Source: Syntrophaceae bacterium UBA6078 (GTDB taxonomy: Bacteria; Desulfobacterota; Syntrophia; Syntrophales; UBA2210). Taken from it: a stretch of DNA of 64,000 bases. The stretch is taken from assembly GCA_002428735.1 (NCBI GenBank), contig DIXO01000050.1, positions 3,182 to 67,181 on the forward strand, read 5' to 3'. Of the stretch, positions 1 through 9,644 are shown piece by piece. Both the position numbers and the translations under genes were made by a program. The stretch's first letter is position 1. Each line of letters begins with the position of its first letter. Below the pieces are notes generated by a model that worked only from the letters and a program-made list of their open reading frames with translations, made no database searches and was not told the origin of the DNA.

Positions 1-1227
1 CCCCCGACCAACCGGGTCTTCGACGTCGAGGACAGCGAGATCGAGGACATCTGGAACCGGATCGACGCCTACAGGGAAAAGAAGAAGGCGTGGGAGATAC
101 GGATCGCCCATCTTCCCCCCATGCTGATCGGGGCGGGGGTCCTCGGCAAGGTCGGCACTCAGGCCAGATCGCTGAAGATGACGAAGGCCCTCTTTCTCTG
201 TGATCCCGTCATGAAACAAATCGGGCGTGCCGACGAGATCATAGACAATCTCACCACCAAAGGGATCGAGACGGTCCTCTTCACCGACATCGAGCCCGAC
301 CCCCCCATCTGGGAGATCGACAACCTCGGCGAGCTGTACACAAAAGAGCGGTGCGACGGGATCATCGCCATGGGGGGCGGGAGCTCAATGGACGCGGCCA
401 AGGCCCTCTCCGTGCGGGTGACCCATCCCGGCCATATGTCGGAGTACGAAAGCCTCGCGGGTGGAACCGGAAAAATCAAAGATATCCTTCCCCCGGTCAT
501 CTGTATCCCCACCACATCGGGCACGGGAAGCGAGGCGAACACCTACGCGGTGATTACTGACACGGAACGGGGGATCAAGTTCATCATCATGAGCGAGATC
601 ATGGTTCCGAAACTGGCGATCATCGACCCCGAAGTAACCAGAACCATGCCAAAAAGTCTCACTGCCGAGACGGGTATAGACGCGCTGTCCCACTGCATCG
701 AAGGGTACGTGGGGACCCTGATGCCGTATCATCCGTACTACTCGACATTGGCTTACTACGGAGTCAAACTGATCGGAAAGAGTCTCCCCCGCGCCTGCCA
801 TAACCCCGACGACCTGGAGGCCCGGACGGATATGGCCATGGCTGCTGTTTATGGCGGCGCCGCCTTTACCAAGGGGCTCGGGGTCGGACACAACCTCGGC
901 CACGTCATCGGAGCCCGCTATCACACCGCTCATGGAAAATCGATCGCCCCGGGGCTGCTCTGCTTCGCCCGAGTGAACGAGAAGGCCTGTCGGGAGGATT
1001 TCAAGGATCTCGCCTGGACGCTGAACCGTTCGACAAATCTGGAGGATGGATTGCGGAAATTGTACGAAGAGGTGGGAATGCCCACCCGCTTCCGGGACCT
1101 GGGTGTCCCGGAGGAGGATCTGCCGCAGATCGCCTTCGAGGCATCAAAGGACGTGGTCAATATCGCCGGCAACCCGACCCCCCTTGAAGAACACCACTTT
1201 CTGGAACTGCTGAATGAATTTTATTAG
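1..1227 (+). CDS. Iron-containing (group III) alcohol dehydrogenase, probably 5'-partial or N-terminally extended
   Basis: Frame-1 ORF with the GGGSSMDAAKA Fe-ADH glycine motif and a His-rich metal site (SHCIEGY, VGHNLGHVIGARYHTAHG). The frame is open back to nt 1 with no ATG/GTG/TTG before the ATG at 121. Starting at 121 would remove the first conserved strand (..HLPPMLIGAGVLGKVG), so the CDS likely begins upstream of the window. Confidence 0.85.
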   Translation, partial: PPTNRVFDVEDSEIEDIWNRIDAYREKKKAWEIRIAHLPPMLIGAGVLGKVGTQARSLKMTKALFLCDPVMKQIGRADEIIDNLTTKGIETVLFTDIEPDPPIWEIDNLGELYTKERCDGIIAMGGGSSMDAAKALSVRVTHPGHMSEYESLAGGTGKIKDILPPVICIPTTSGTGSEANTYAVITDTERGIKFIIMSEIMVPKLAIIDPEVTRTMPKSLTAETGIDALSHCIEGYVGTLMPYHPYYSTLAYYGVKLIGKSLPRACHNPDDLEARTDMAMAAVYGGAAFTKGLGVGHNLGHVIGARYHTAHGKSIAPGLLCFARVNEKACREDFKDLAWTLNRSTNLEDGLRKLYEEVGMPTRFRDLGVPEEDLPQIAFEASKDVVNIAGNPTPLEEHHFLELLNEFY

Positions 1228-1357
1228 ATAGCACAGGGATTAACAGCAGAAACTATCAATATTGCAGCAATATTCCTTGGAACCGCCCGCATGTTGATCT
1301 GCTGTTTGAGGCCCCGGTAACACATCAAAAAAAAGGGGCTCATCCGCCGGGACCGGA

Positions 1358-2419
1358 TCAGGATACGGCGCTATTCTCAGGGTGCTCCGGATCACATACG
1401 ACCCGCGCGCGTCCCTCTTCCTTGGCCTGATACATCAGGTTGTCTACCCGCGTCAGAACCGCATCGGCGCTCTCGCTGTCCCGGTATTGGGTGACGCCGA
1501 AGCTGGCCGTCAGCGCTCCGACCTCGGGGAAGAGACGGTTTTGTAATTGTTTCAGAAGATCGTCCGCCAGCATTGTCGCGCGCTGAAGATTCGTATTAAC
1601 GGCAATGATGGTAAATTCCTCACCGCCCCAGCGGGCCAGGATATCCGACACACGCAGCCGTTTCCGTATGAGTTCCACCATTCCTGCGAGCACCCGGTCC
1701 CCCGCTTCATGTCCGAAGCGGTCATTCACGGCCTTGAAGTGATCAACATCCAGCATGATGAGGGAAAAAGGAACACCATACCGATTGCTACGGCCCATCT
1801 CACGGTGCAATTCTTCCATGAAGTGACGGCGGTTGAAAACGCCGGTTAATGGGTCCGTTATTGCCAGAACCCGAAGCTCCTCCGTGAGACGCCTGCGCTC
1901 CGTCACATCCCGGCTCACCCCGAGAATTGCCACCGGCCGCTTCTGATCGTCCCGCAGAAAGGACAGAACATTCTCTATCCAGACGATGGAACGGTCCTTG
2001 CGATATTCTTCGATTTCGATGACGCGGGTTCGGCCGGGATCGGCACCGTTCGTTTCAAGGGCCAGTTCCTCTTCCAATATCTTCGTCACTGTTTCCAGCG
2101 AATGGGGCGGCATTACGTTGGCTATGTCCTGCCCCATCGTTTCTTCAGGCGTGGATCCATAGATCTTTCTGACGGCGGGGCTGACATAGGTAAAGCGCAG
2201 GGTCGCCATATCCACCGTCCACAGGCAATCTCCGGAATAATCGGCGATCAGACGGTATTTCTGTTCGCTTGCACACAGCTCTTTTTCCATGGCGCGCAGG
2301 TCGGCATTCTTCCGCTCCAGGTCGGCTAAACGCCGGCGCAGCGTTTCCATCTCATCATTGTGCCCCGTGGGGACCTTTTTGCGGCCTTTCATTCCGATCG
2401 AATCCTTCCTGTTTCTCAT
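1358..2419 (-). CDS. Diguanylate cyclase: coiled-coil + PAS + GGDEF
   Basis: 353-aa ORF. It has an N-terminal coiled-coil (LRRRLADLERKNADLRAMEKEL), a PAS-like segment, and a C-terminal GGDEF domain with an active-site GGEEF. An RxxD I-site (RVSD) sits 5 residues upstream. Confidence 0.85.
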   Translation of the reverse strand: MRNRKDSIGMKGRKKVPTGHNDEMETLRRRLADLERKNADLRAMEKELCASEQKYRLIADYSGDCLWTVDMATLRFTYVSPAVRKIYGSTPEETMGQDIANVMPPHSLETVTKILEEELALETNGADPGRTRVIEIEEYRKDRSIVWIENVLSFLRDDQKRPVAILGVSRDVTERRRLTEELRVLAITDPLTGVFNRRHFMEELHREMGRSNRYGVPFSLIMLDVDHFKAVNDRFGHEAGDRVLAGMVELIRKRLRVSDILARWGGEEFTIIAVNTNLQRATMLADDLLKQLQNRLFPEVGALTASFGVTQYRDSESADAVLTRVDNLMYQAKEEGRARVVCDPEHPENSAVS

Positions 2420-2660
2420 TGCCTGCCGTCAGTCTGGCCGAGGCTTGGATGGCGGTACAGTTTTTTGAAATATCCGCGCTATATAGGGAAAGATATGACG
2501 GGATGTCAATGAAAAACTGGCCGAGGGGTCCGGCAATCGCTTGTTATGGAGGGGGAATCCGTTGCAGGTACTGCCCGTGAGAGATTGTCCCTCGGGAAGA
2601 TACGTGCCATGCCTTCAAGGGTTGGATACTCTATTTTGACCCCGCCCCTGTTGAGACGGC

Positions 2661-3239
2661 TCACGCCGGTGCGGTACGTTCATTTCTGGAAAGCGCCCGG
2701 ACAGCCACCGGGTTTGCCAGAACGACGGATGTCTCGACCTGCCGGTCTGGAATATTCCAGTACCGTTTCAAAAGCAGGTCCTTGTCGCGATTTGAAACGA
2801 GGGTATATCCGTTTTTGCGATAGAAGGAGACGGCCCACTTCGCGTCGGCCCACGTTCCAATCAGAAAGGGCTTGTCGCTCATCCCTTCAAGGTGATGAAG
2901 GAGTTCAGTCCCCAGACCCTTCCCCTGAGCCTGCGTGCGGACATAGGCGTGACGGATCAGAGTCACCTCTCCCCGGTCCTGGATTCCCATAACGGCTGCG
3001 AGCACACCGTCCCGATCGGCTCCCCAGAACATGACGCCGCTGTGAATCTCGGCCGCCAGTTCGTCCGCGCTCATGTACGGCTCGTGCCACCGGTCAGCGG
3101 GTATGACGCCGCGGTACGCCTGCGCGGCGTCATTGATGATCTCATGGATCGCATCGAAATCTGGTGCAACACAGCGTCGTATCATGCGGCTCTCCGCTTC
3201 ATCTCGTTCGTCAACCACCCTCACCCCCATCGTGAACAA
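2661..3239 (-). CDS. GNAT family N-acetyltransferase
   Basis: 192-aa ORF with the acetyl-CoA binding motif QAQGKGLGTELLHHLE and the usual GNAT length. The true start may be the internal Met at 3185 (MIRRCVAPDFDAIHEI). Confidence 0.7.
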   Translation of the reverse strand: MFTMGVRVVDERDEAESRMIRRCVAPDFDAIHEIINDAAQAYRGVIPADRWHEPYMSADELAAEIHSGVMFWGADRDGVLAAVMGIQDRGEVTLIRHAYVRTQAQGKGLGTELLHHLEGMSDKPFLIGTWADAKWAVSFYRKNGYTLVSNRDKDLLLKRYWNIPDRQVETSVVLANPVAVRALSRNERTAPA

Positions 3240-3250
3240 TGGATGGGCTT

Positions 3251-3703
3251 TCAGGAATCTGAAGCCTGCAGAAGCTTGAATCCAAGATCAGGATGAAGAA
3301 CGCGCTTCCCACTGACATGGGTCAGTTCAAAAAGGACCACCTCCATAATCTGCCATACCTTCACTCCCGATCGTATACACCCCGTAACCGTATGATCCCC
3401 CCTCCCGCAGGCCATGTGCAGGTGGACCATGGGAGCTCCCTCCTCATCGGGGAAGATAGTGCCGGTCCCCGCGACCTCATGCACATTCCCCAGAATATGT
3501 GTTGCCGGTATAATCGGGCGGTCGTCCCCACGCTCGGGACCGACAACGAGTTCGCTCTCTCCGGAAGCGCCTCCGGTAATGATGAGGGCCGCAGCGGTTA
3601 TCCGCTTTTCGCGGGCAAACCGCTCGATTTCTTCATGGACCGTTTCTCCGTCCTCAAGCCGCAGTATGAAGGTCCGGCCCTGTTGCGCCTGTGCGTATTG
3701 CAT
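3251..3703 (-). CDS. PPC (DUF296) domain DNA-binding protein
   Basis: 150-aa ORF. The N-terminus GRTFILRLEDGETVHEEIERFAREKRITAAALIITGGASG resembles the PPC/DUF296 family as I recall it. It lies 11 nt upstream of the GNAT gene on the same strand. Confidence 0.6.
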   Translation of the reverse strand: MQYAQAQQGRTFILRLEDGETVHEEIERFAREKRITAAALIITGGASGESELVVGPERGDDRPIIPATHILGNVHEVAGTGTIFPDEEGAPMVHLHMACGRGDHTVTGCIRSGVKVWQIMEVVLFELTHVSGKRVLHPDLGFKLLQASDS

Positions 3704-3848
3704 GGTTCTCTTTCACCTCTGACGAAAAATCAGTTCCGGGAGATTATTTTTTCGGGTCCATTTACGACGAGAGGGGGGAGGATATCCCCCCGTTTCGTAT
3801 TATGACTTTTGGCGGTACGGGACAGCGATGGATCAGGGCAATAGATGC

Positions 3849-4850
3849 TTACCCCTTGACCCTGCTCTTCAGCTCACTGATCAGGGGCGGGACGATTTTC
3901 ATGAAATCCTGGGCAACAATGACATCGGAGGCCTGGAAAATATCCGCGTTCTGATTGCTGTTGATGCTTATGACATGCTTCGACTGGTCCATGCCAACGA
4001 TATGGTGCATCACGCCGGAGATCCCGATCCCCAGATAGAGGGTCGGCCGAACGGTCTTCCCGCTCTGCCCGATCATCTGCGATTCCCGGGCCCACCCCTC
4101 ATCAACAGGCGGCCGCGTCGCGCCCACCGCGCCGCCCAGAAGGCGGGCGAGTTCTTCCAGAAGGTGCCAGTTTTCCTTGCCACCCACACCCCATCCGCCG
4201 GCGACGACAACTTCGGCCTTCTCCAGAGGTTGTTCTCCGGCTACCGTCCGCTCAACACCAAGAACCTCAGGCCCCATATTCGAGTCAGGCAGATCGATGG
4301 ATACGTCTTCTATTCGGCCTTCGCGCTCCTCTTCCGGCAACACCCTCATGGCTCCCGGCATAACGGTGGCCATCTGGGGGCGATGATCGGGACAGGCAAT
4401 GGTGGCCACAATCCCTCCCCCCCATCCGGGAACCATCTGCAGGAGATTCCCCTTTTCATCCAGCTTCAGATCGATGCAATGGGCGGAAAGGCCTGTCCTG
4501 AGCCTGGCAGCCACACGGGGAGCAAGTTCAACCCCCATGGCGGTGGCACCCATCAATACGGTCCCCGGCTCGTGTTTCTTGATCAGGCTCTCCAATACAT
4601 GCGTATACGGAAGAAGGCGATACTGCCCCAGCCTCGGATCGTCGGCGACAAAGACTATGTGAGCGCCGTGGTTGACGAGTATCTGTGCAAGTTCACGCAC
4701 CTGATGACCCATGAGGACCGCGACAACCGCGCCTCCGGCCTGAGAGGCCAGTTCGCTCGCCTTCCCCAGAAGTTCGAGGCTCACATCATGCAACTCGCCA
4801 TCCCGTTGCTCCGCAAAAACCCATACGTCCGCGCTTTTCTTTTCATTCAT
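3849..4850 (-). CDS. etfA: Electron transfer flavoprotein alpha subunit
   Basis: EtfA-like throughout, including the C-terminal FAD-binding block (LYLGIGISGVMHHIVGM..ISINSNQNADIF). I chose the ATG at 4850 (MNEKKSADVWVF) because AGGAG lies 8 nt upstream. The tracked ORF's GTG at 4868 overlaps etfB. Confidence 0.9.
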   Translation of the reverse strand: MNEKKSADVWVFAEQRDGELHDVSLELLGKASELASQAGGAVVAVLMGHQVRELAQILVNHGAHIVFVADDPRLGQYRLLPYTHVLESLIKKHEPGTVLMGATAMGVELAPRVAARLRTGLSAHCIDLKLDEKGNLLQMVPGWGGGIVATIACPDHRPQMATVMPGAMRVLPEEEREGRIEDVSIDLPDSNMGPEVLGVERTVAGEQPLEKAEVVVAGGWGVGGKENWHLLEELARLLGGAVGATRPPVDEGWARESQMIGQSGKTVRPTLYLGIGISGVMHHIVGMDQSKHVISINSNQNADIFQASDVIVAQDFMKIVPPLISELKSRVKG

Positions 4851-4861
4851 GCATACCGCTC

Positions 4862-5665
4862 CTAACACTCAATCACGCCGCACTGGTATATCCGTTCCAC
4901 CAGCTTTTTGACGATCTCATCGACGGTGCCTTCCAATCGCTCTCTCTTCCTTTCAAATTTTCGGACATCCATCCCCGCCATCTTTGTGGGAGAACCCGAG
5001 AGTCCGATACGTTCGGGATCAACCCGCACATCCTCATTGGAGACGATCGTGATCTCTTTGGACTCCGCCGCCAATATGCCGGTAAAGGGGATGTACCGGG
5101 GCTTATTCAGCTCTTTCCGGACGGACAGGACGATCGGAAAGCCGGATGAAAGGGTGACGGAACCGCTTTCTATCTTTTGCGTGATGACGAGATTGTCCCC
5201 GGAAGACCCCTCCAGACCGATAACATGCATCACGTTGGGAATATTCAGCATCTCCGCAAGCTGCGAACAGATCTGAGCCGTTGAGCCATCAATCGACTGA
5301 TTGCCGCACAGGATGACGTCGTAATCCCCGATCCAGCGACAGCCGGCAGCCAGGATCTCGGCGGTGGCCAGACTGTCCGATCCGGCAAAGACCCGATCCG
5401 ACAAAAGGACGGCCCTGTCGGCCCCCATGGCGAGCCCTTCGCGGATAAGGGGCTGTGCGAAGGGGGGCGCCATTGACAGGAGCACCACTTCTCCCCCATG
5501 GGATTCGCGCAGTACAAGTGCGGCCTCAAGGGCGTGCTTGTCAAGGGGATTCAGTATGAGTGGGATCCCTTCCCGCTTCAGCGTCTTCGTTTCAGGATCC
5601 ATGCTGACCTTGTCCCAGTGTTTGGGGTCCGGCACGGGTTTGACACACACGATAATCCTGTTCAT
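4862..5665 (-). CDS. etfB: Electron transfer flavoprotein beta subunit
   Basis: MNRIIVCVKPVPDPKHW is a typical EtfB N-terminus. GGAAGGA precedes the ATG at 5665, and the gene sits directly upstream of etfA. Confidence 0.9.
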   Translation of the reverse strand: MNRIIVCVKPVPDPKHWDKVSMDPETKTLKREGIPLILNPLDKHALEAALVLRESHGGEVVLLSMAPPFAQPLIREGLAMGADRAVLLSDRVFAGSDSLATAEILAAGCRWIGDYDVILCGNQSIDGSTAQICSQLAEMLNIPNVMHVIGLEGSSGDNLVITQKIESGSVTLSSGFPIVLSVRKELNKPRYIPFTGILAAESKEITIVSNEDVRVDPERIGLSGSPTKMAGMDVRKFERKRERLEGTVDEIVKKLVERIYQCGVIEC

Positions 5666-5703
5666 CTTTGTTCCTTCCCGCAATACACTCACACTCTTAT
5701 CTA

Positions 5704-6849
5704 TTATTTTTTGAAAGGAGCCAGCGCCGTCCTTCCGATACCCGCCTTGGCTATCTCCGCCGTGCCACCTGCAGGGACGGTCACCATGGCGTCTCTGAAG
5801 AGCCGCTGAATGGCATATTCTCTCATGATCCCGTAAGAACCGTGAATCTCGATCGCCTTCTTCGCCGCCTCTACCGCCGCGTTGCAGGTATAGTACTTTG
5901 CCATGCTGGTTTCCGTGTCGCAGCGCATGTTCTGATCCTTCATCCAGTTCACCCGGTAGTTGAGCAGCCGGCAGATATCCAACTGGGTGTATATCTCGGC
6001 CATGTGAAACTGGATAGCCTGGAGCGTCGCGATGGGCTTGCCGTACAGCACCCGTTCGTTTGCGAACTTTGCCGCTTCCTCGTAAACCGCCTGCAGAATG
6101 CCGAGGCCAACCGCGGCCATCCCGGTCCTTCCTGTTTCGCTGATCGTCTTGAGACCCACTGTGAGTCCCTGGCCCTCGGCGCCGAGAAGATTTTTCTTCG
6201 GAACTTCGCAGTTATCAAATACCCACTCCCCCGTATTCGCGCCCCGAAGGCCGAATTTGTTCTCTTTTCTCCCCAGCTTGGCGCCGGGGGTTCCCTTGTC
6301 GATGATGAAGGCGCTCAGTCCCTTGGCCCCCTCGCCTGTCTTGGCAACCATAATCCAGAAATCAGAGAGATGGGAGTTCGTGATGAAACATTTTCGACCG
6401 TTGATTATATAAGTGTCACCCTTTAATTCGGCGGTGCATTTCATCCCGATGACATCGGAACCGCCGGCCGGGTCGGTAACGCCGACCGTGCCGAAGGTTT
6501 CCCCGGCCGCGAGGGGAGGAAGGTACTTCTTCTTCTGCTCGTCCGTGCCGAAGTCGCTAAGGGCGGCGCATGCCATGTGATGCACCTGCATGGACATGGG
6601 GAAGGCGGCACAGACTCGTCCCAGCTCTTCCAGAACGATATTTCTGGCAAGATATCCCATGCCGACTCCGCCGAACTCCGGCGGTGTGATAATCCCGGTA
6701 ATACCCACCTGCGCCATGGGTTTCATGAGCTCCACAGGAAACTCGCCGGTCTCTTCCATTTTCTCCATTTTCGGAGGAATCTCGCTCTCCGCAAATTCAC
6801 GGACGGCTTTTCTCAACATCTCTTCTCTTTCGGTAAATGCGAATTCCAT
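5704..6849 (-). CDS. Acyl-CoA dehydrogenase (short/medium-chain type)
   Basis: 381-aa ORF collinear with the ACAD family (MEFAFTEREEMLRKAVREFA..., C-terminal IYEGT-type region as TVPAGGTAEI). It is co-oriented with etfBA. Confidence 0.9.
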   Translation of the reverse strand: MEFAFTEREEMLRKAVREFAESEIPPKMEKMEETGEFPVELMKPMAQVGITGIITPPEFGGVGMGYLARNIVLEELGRVCAAFPMSMQVHHMACAALSDFGTDEQKKKYLPPLAAGETFGTVGVTDPAGGSDVIGMKCTAELKGDTYIINGRKCFITNSHLSDFWIMVAKTGEGAKGLSAFIIDKGTPGAKLGRKENKFGLRGANTGEWVFDNCEVPKKNLLGAEGQGLTVGLKTISETGRTGMAAVGLGILQAVYEEAAKFANERVLYGKPIATLQAIQFHMAEIYTQLDICRLLNYRVNWMKDQNMRCDTETSMAKYYTCNAAVEAAKKAIEIHGSYGIMREYAIQRLFRDAMVTVPAGGTAEIAKAGIGRTALAPFKK

Positions 6850-7080
6850 ACTTCATCTCCTTGTACGTTTATTGATTGTAGAGCAGCAACCGCTCCTTAA
6901 AATAGCGCATATGGAGCGGTACCTTCGGACCATCCCGGATCGGGAAAAAAATTGATCGATCCGTATCGCGCCCCATGCGTTCGCGCCAAGCGAAACTGAA
7001 TTATCATAAAAAGAAACAAGATGACACAGAATTCTATATATGTCGCCATGCTGCGGTATCAATTGAGGGTTCGCACCACT

Positions 7081-8667
7081 TTACGCATGGACCCGATTGT
7101 TCTGTGTCCAGCGCCACTCCAGGGCGTCCACCGCGGGCACTGCCTCAAGGTATCCGGCGGCGACAAAATCTTTTATAGTGCTCCGGACCAGGACGGGATC
7201 GAATCCGGTCGCGTCGCTGAGCCGGGAGCAGAGCGTATCGACAGCGCTGTTTTCGGACAGATGGTCGACGGAACAATGACCGTAGGTTTCGATCAGGTCT
7301 TCGGAAAGAAGCCGGTAGGTAAACCGCATCCTGAAGTGACCCCCTACCCGCAGATTATTCTCGGGCAGGCCTCGTCCTGCTCGGTAATCACGCACCTGCT
7401 GTTCCCATTCTTCTTGTATTTCAGCGTTAAACGCCGCCACAAATGCCTCCATCGCTTCGGGGGAAAGATGGGACGTTCTGACAATGGCGCTGTTTGCGTC
7501 ATACCGCGTCCAGTCGTCGGTCAGAATCTCGAGGTCGTACTCCTCGATCTTCTCCCGCACGTCGGTACCGGGGAAAGGCGCAAGAAAATGATAGCCGTAC
7601 GCTATCCCCAGGCTCTGCGCGAATGCACGGGTGTCCGCGAGGGTCTCCGGCGACTCGCCCGGAAGACCCACCATGAAGGAAGCATGCGCGAAAATTCCTG
7701 CTTCCTTGCACAGCGTGACCGCATTTCGCGCCTGATCGAGAGTGATTCCTTTCCTGACGCGCCTGAGCATCTCCGGGTTGCCGGATTCGATGCCGAAGCT
7801 GACGGCGTCGCATCCGGCATCCCGCATCAGTTCCAAAGTTTCCCGGTCGACCGTATTGACGCGTGCGAAGGCGCTCCACGTGAAATTGAGGCCCCGGGCC
7901 AGGATCTGCCTGCATACCTCTTGAACGCGCCGCTTATTCGAGGTGAACAGGTCGTCCGCCACGTTGATCCGGGAGATGCCGTACGAAAGGATCTCCTCTA
8001 TTTCGTCCATGACGGACTCCACCCACCGGTAGCGGACCTTTTTGCCGACCATCCGTCTGCCCTGGCAGAAGATGCACGCGTTCGGACATCCCCGGCTCGT
8101 AATGATGCTTACCGGGAAACCGAGCGCCCGATAGCGCGACAGCGGGAGCAGATGCCGCGCCGGGCGGGGAATGGAATCGAGATCGTCGATCAGTTCCCTC
8201 GGTTCCGTGATGACGATTGTATCGTCCCCCCTGAAGGCGATTCCCCGTATGCCGGACCATCCGGAACGGTCAGCAAGTCGAGGGACCAGTTCCATGATGG
8301 TCCGCTCCCCTTCTCCCATAACCAGGAGATCTATTTCAGGATATGTCTCAAGGGTTCTCTCGGCATCGAACGAAACGTGGGGACCGCCCATGACGGTCAG
8401 GATGGAGGGGCGGTGCCGTTTGGCGGTTCGCAGGATATCCGCGGCGACGGGGAAATTCATGGTAACCGATGTGGATCCCACCACGTCCGGTTCGAATGTG
8501 TCCAGCTCAGCCTGGAGTTTTTCCGGAGTGTAGCGGGACACGATATAATCAATGATCCTGACCCGGCACCCGGCAGCCTCAAAGGCGGCCGCCACGTAAG
8601 AAACCCCCAGAGGAGGCGCCGGGGCCTCCTCAAGGGGGTAGGGCGGGGCGACGATGGCTACCTTCAT
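7081..8667 (-). CDS. B12-binding-domain radical SAM protein
   Basis: The N-terminus has a Rossmann-like B12-binding-type domain (MKVAIVAPPYP..GVSYVAAAFEAAGCRVRIIDY). The radical SAM CxxxCxxC motif appears as SRGCPNACIFCQG. Length is 528 aa. Confidence 0.85.
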   Translation of the reverse strand: MKVAIVAPPYPLEEAPAPPLGVSYVAAAFEAAGCRVRIIDYIVSRYTPEKLQAELDTFEPDVVGSTSVTMNFPVAADILRTAKRHRPSILTVMGGPHVSFDAERTLETYPEIDLLVMGEGERTIMELVPRLADRSGWSGIRGIAFRGDDTIVITEPRELIDDLDSIPRPARHLLPLSRYRALGFPVSIITSRGCPNACIFCQGRRMVGKKVRYRWVESVMDEIEEILSYGISRINVADDLFTSNKRRVQEVCRQILARGLNFTWSAFARVNTVDRETLELMRDAGCDAVSFGIESGNPEMLRRVRKGITLDQARNAVTLCKEAGIFAHASFMVGLPGESPETLADTRAFAQSLGIAYGYHFLAPFPGTDVREKIEEYDLEILTDDWTRYDANSAIVRTSHLSPEAMEAFVAAFNAEIQEEWEQQVRDYRAGRGLPENNLRVGGHFRMRFTYRLLSEDLIETYGHCSVDHLSENSAVDTLCSRLSDATGFDPVLVRSTIKDFVAAGYLEAVPAVDALEWRWTQNNRVHA

Positions 8668-8706
8668 AGGCGAGCGGGACTCCTCAGCATATTCGCAACC
8701 TTCCTT

Positions 8707-9636
8707 TCATAAACCCTGGCTCTTTTCCTGAGATTGCATTTCGTATTGATCCATAAGAGAGGCGATCAACACATCTTTTTCACGCCACAGTTGAGCCACC
8801 CACTCTTGAAACCGCCGCCTGAAATCGGGATCATTCTGGTAATCCCCATGAATAAACTCCTTGGGTATCACGCGTTTTTTTACCCGCGCCGCAATCCGTG
8901 ACACGCGCCCGCAGAGAAAATCCCAGAAGGTGGCGGGGCCGTCAGGGTAAAAGATCGTAACGTCGAGCATTGTCGTGATCCTCCCCGCCATGGCGCTGAC
9001 GGCGAAGGCAAAGCCCCCGGCCCGCGGACGGAGGAGATGGCGGTACGGGGATTCCTGTTTCCTGTGTTTCCCGGGGGTAAAACGCGTCCCCTCGATAAAA
9101 TTGAGGATGGAAACAGGGGTGTGACGGTAGCGTTCGCATACCCGCCGGGTCGTCTCCAGATCGGTGCCGTGGAGTTCGGGGTGCTGTCTGAGAAATTCTT
9201 TTGGATACCGTTTCATGAAGGGATAATCGAGAGCCCACCAGGCGGTGCCGAGGATGGGCACCCAGAACAGTTCTTGCTTGAGAAAAAATTTCGGAAAGGG
9301 GATGCGGCCGGTAAAGATCTTGAGGAGGACAATGATGTCCGTCCAGGCTTGGTGGTTGCTGTTGACGAAATACCACTCGTCCAGACTCAGGTCATCGGTC
9401 CCCTCCACATTCCATTCGATCCTCTGGGTCAGTTTCAGGACAAGCAGAACCCCTTTGATCCACCAGTGGATCGTCCCCATCAGCATCCGGGCGCAGAGGC
9501 GCTGCCAGGCGGGAAAGCGTATGAGAAATTTCAACAGCGCCAGGATATACAGGGGGATCGCAAACACAAAGGTGTTCAGCGAGGCCAGGAGAACGGACAT
9601 CACTCCCAGGAGATATGGCGGCAGAAAGGACAGCAT
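8707..9636 (-). CDS. Lysophospholipid/glycerolipid acyltransferase family protein (HX4D)
   Basis: N-terminal TM helices, HX4D motif NHQAWTD, and block III FIEGTRF. It lies 39 nt downstream of the radical SAM gene on the same strand. Confidence 0.75.
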   Translation of the reverse strand: MLSFLPPYLLGVMSVLLASLNTFVFAIPLYILALLKFLIRFPAWQRLCARMLMGTIHWWIKGVLLVLKLTQRIEWNVEGTDDLSLDEWYFVNSNHQAWTDIIVLLKIFTGRIPFPKFFLKQELFWVPILGTAWWALDYPFMKRYPKEFLRQHPELHGTDLETTRRVCERYRHTPVSILNFIEGTRFTPGKHRKQESPYRHLLRPRAGGFAFAVSAMAGRITTMLDVTIFYPDGPATFWDFLCGRVSRIAARVKKRVIPKEFIHGDYQNDPDFRRRFQEWVAQLWREKDVLIASLMDQYEMQSQEKSQGL

Positions 9637-9644
9637 CCTGTTTC

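Noticed and set aside
3828-4865. 345-aa plus-strand ORF opposite etfA, and similar shadow ORFs at 28741-29658, 43097-43891 and 24177-25226
   Set aside because: Each overlaps a confidently identified gene on the other strand and has no motifs or RBS.
7021-8712. 563-aa plus-strand ORF covering the radical SAM gene
   Set aside because: It is antisense to a gene with clear B12-domain and CxxxCxxC motifs. The translation is Arg/Gly/Pro-rich with no recognisable domain, which is a typical shadow ORF.
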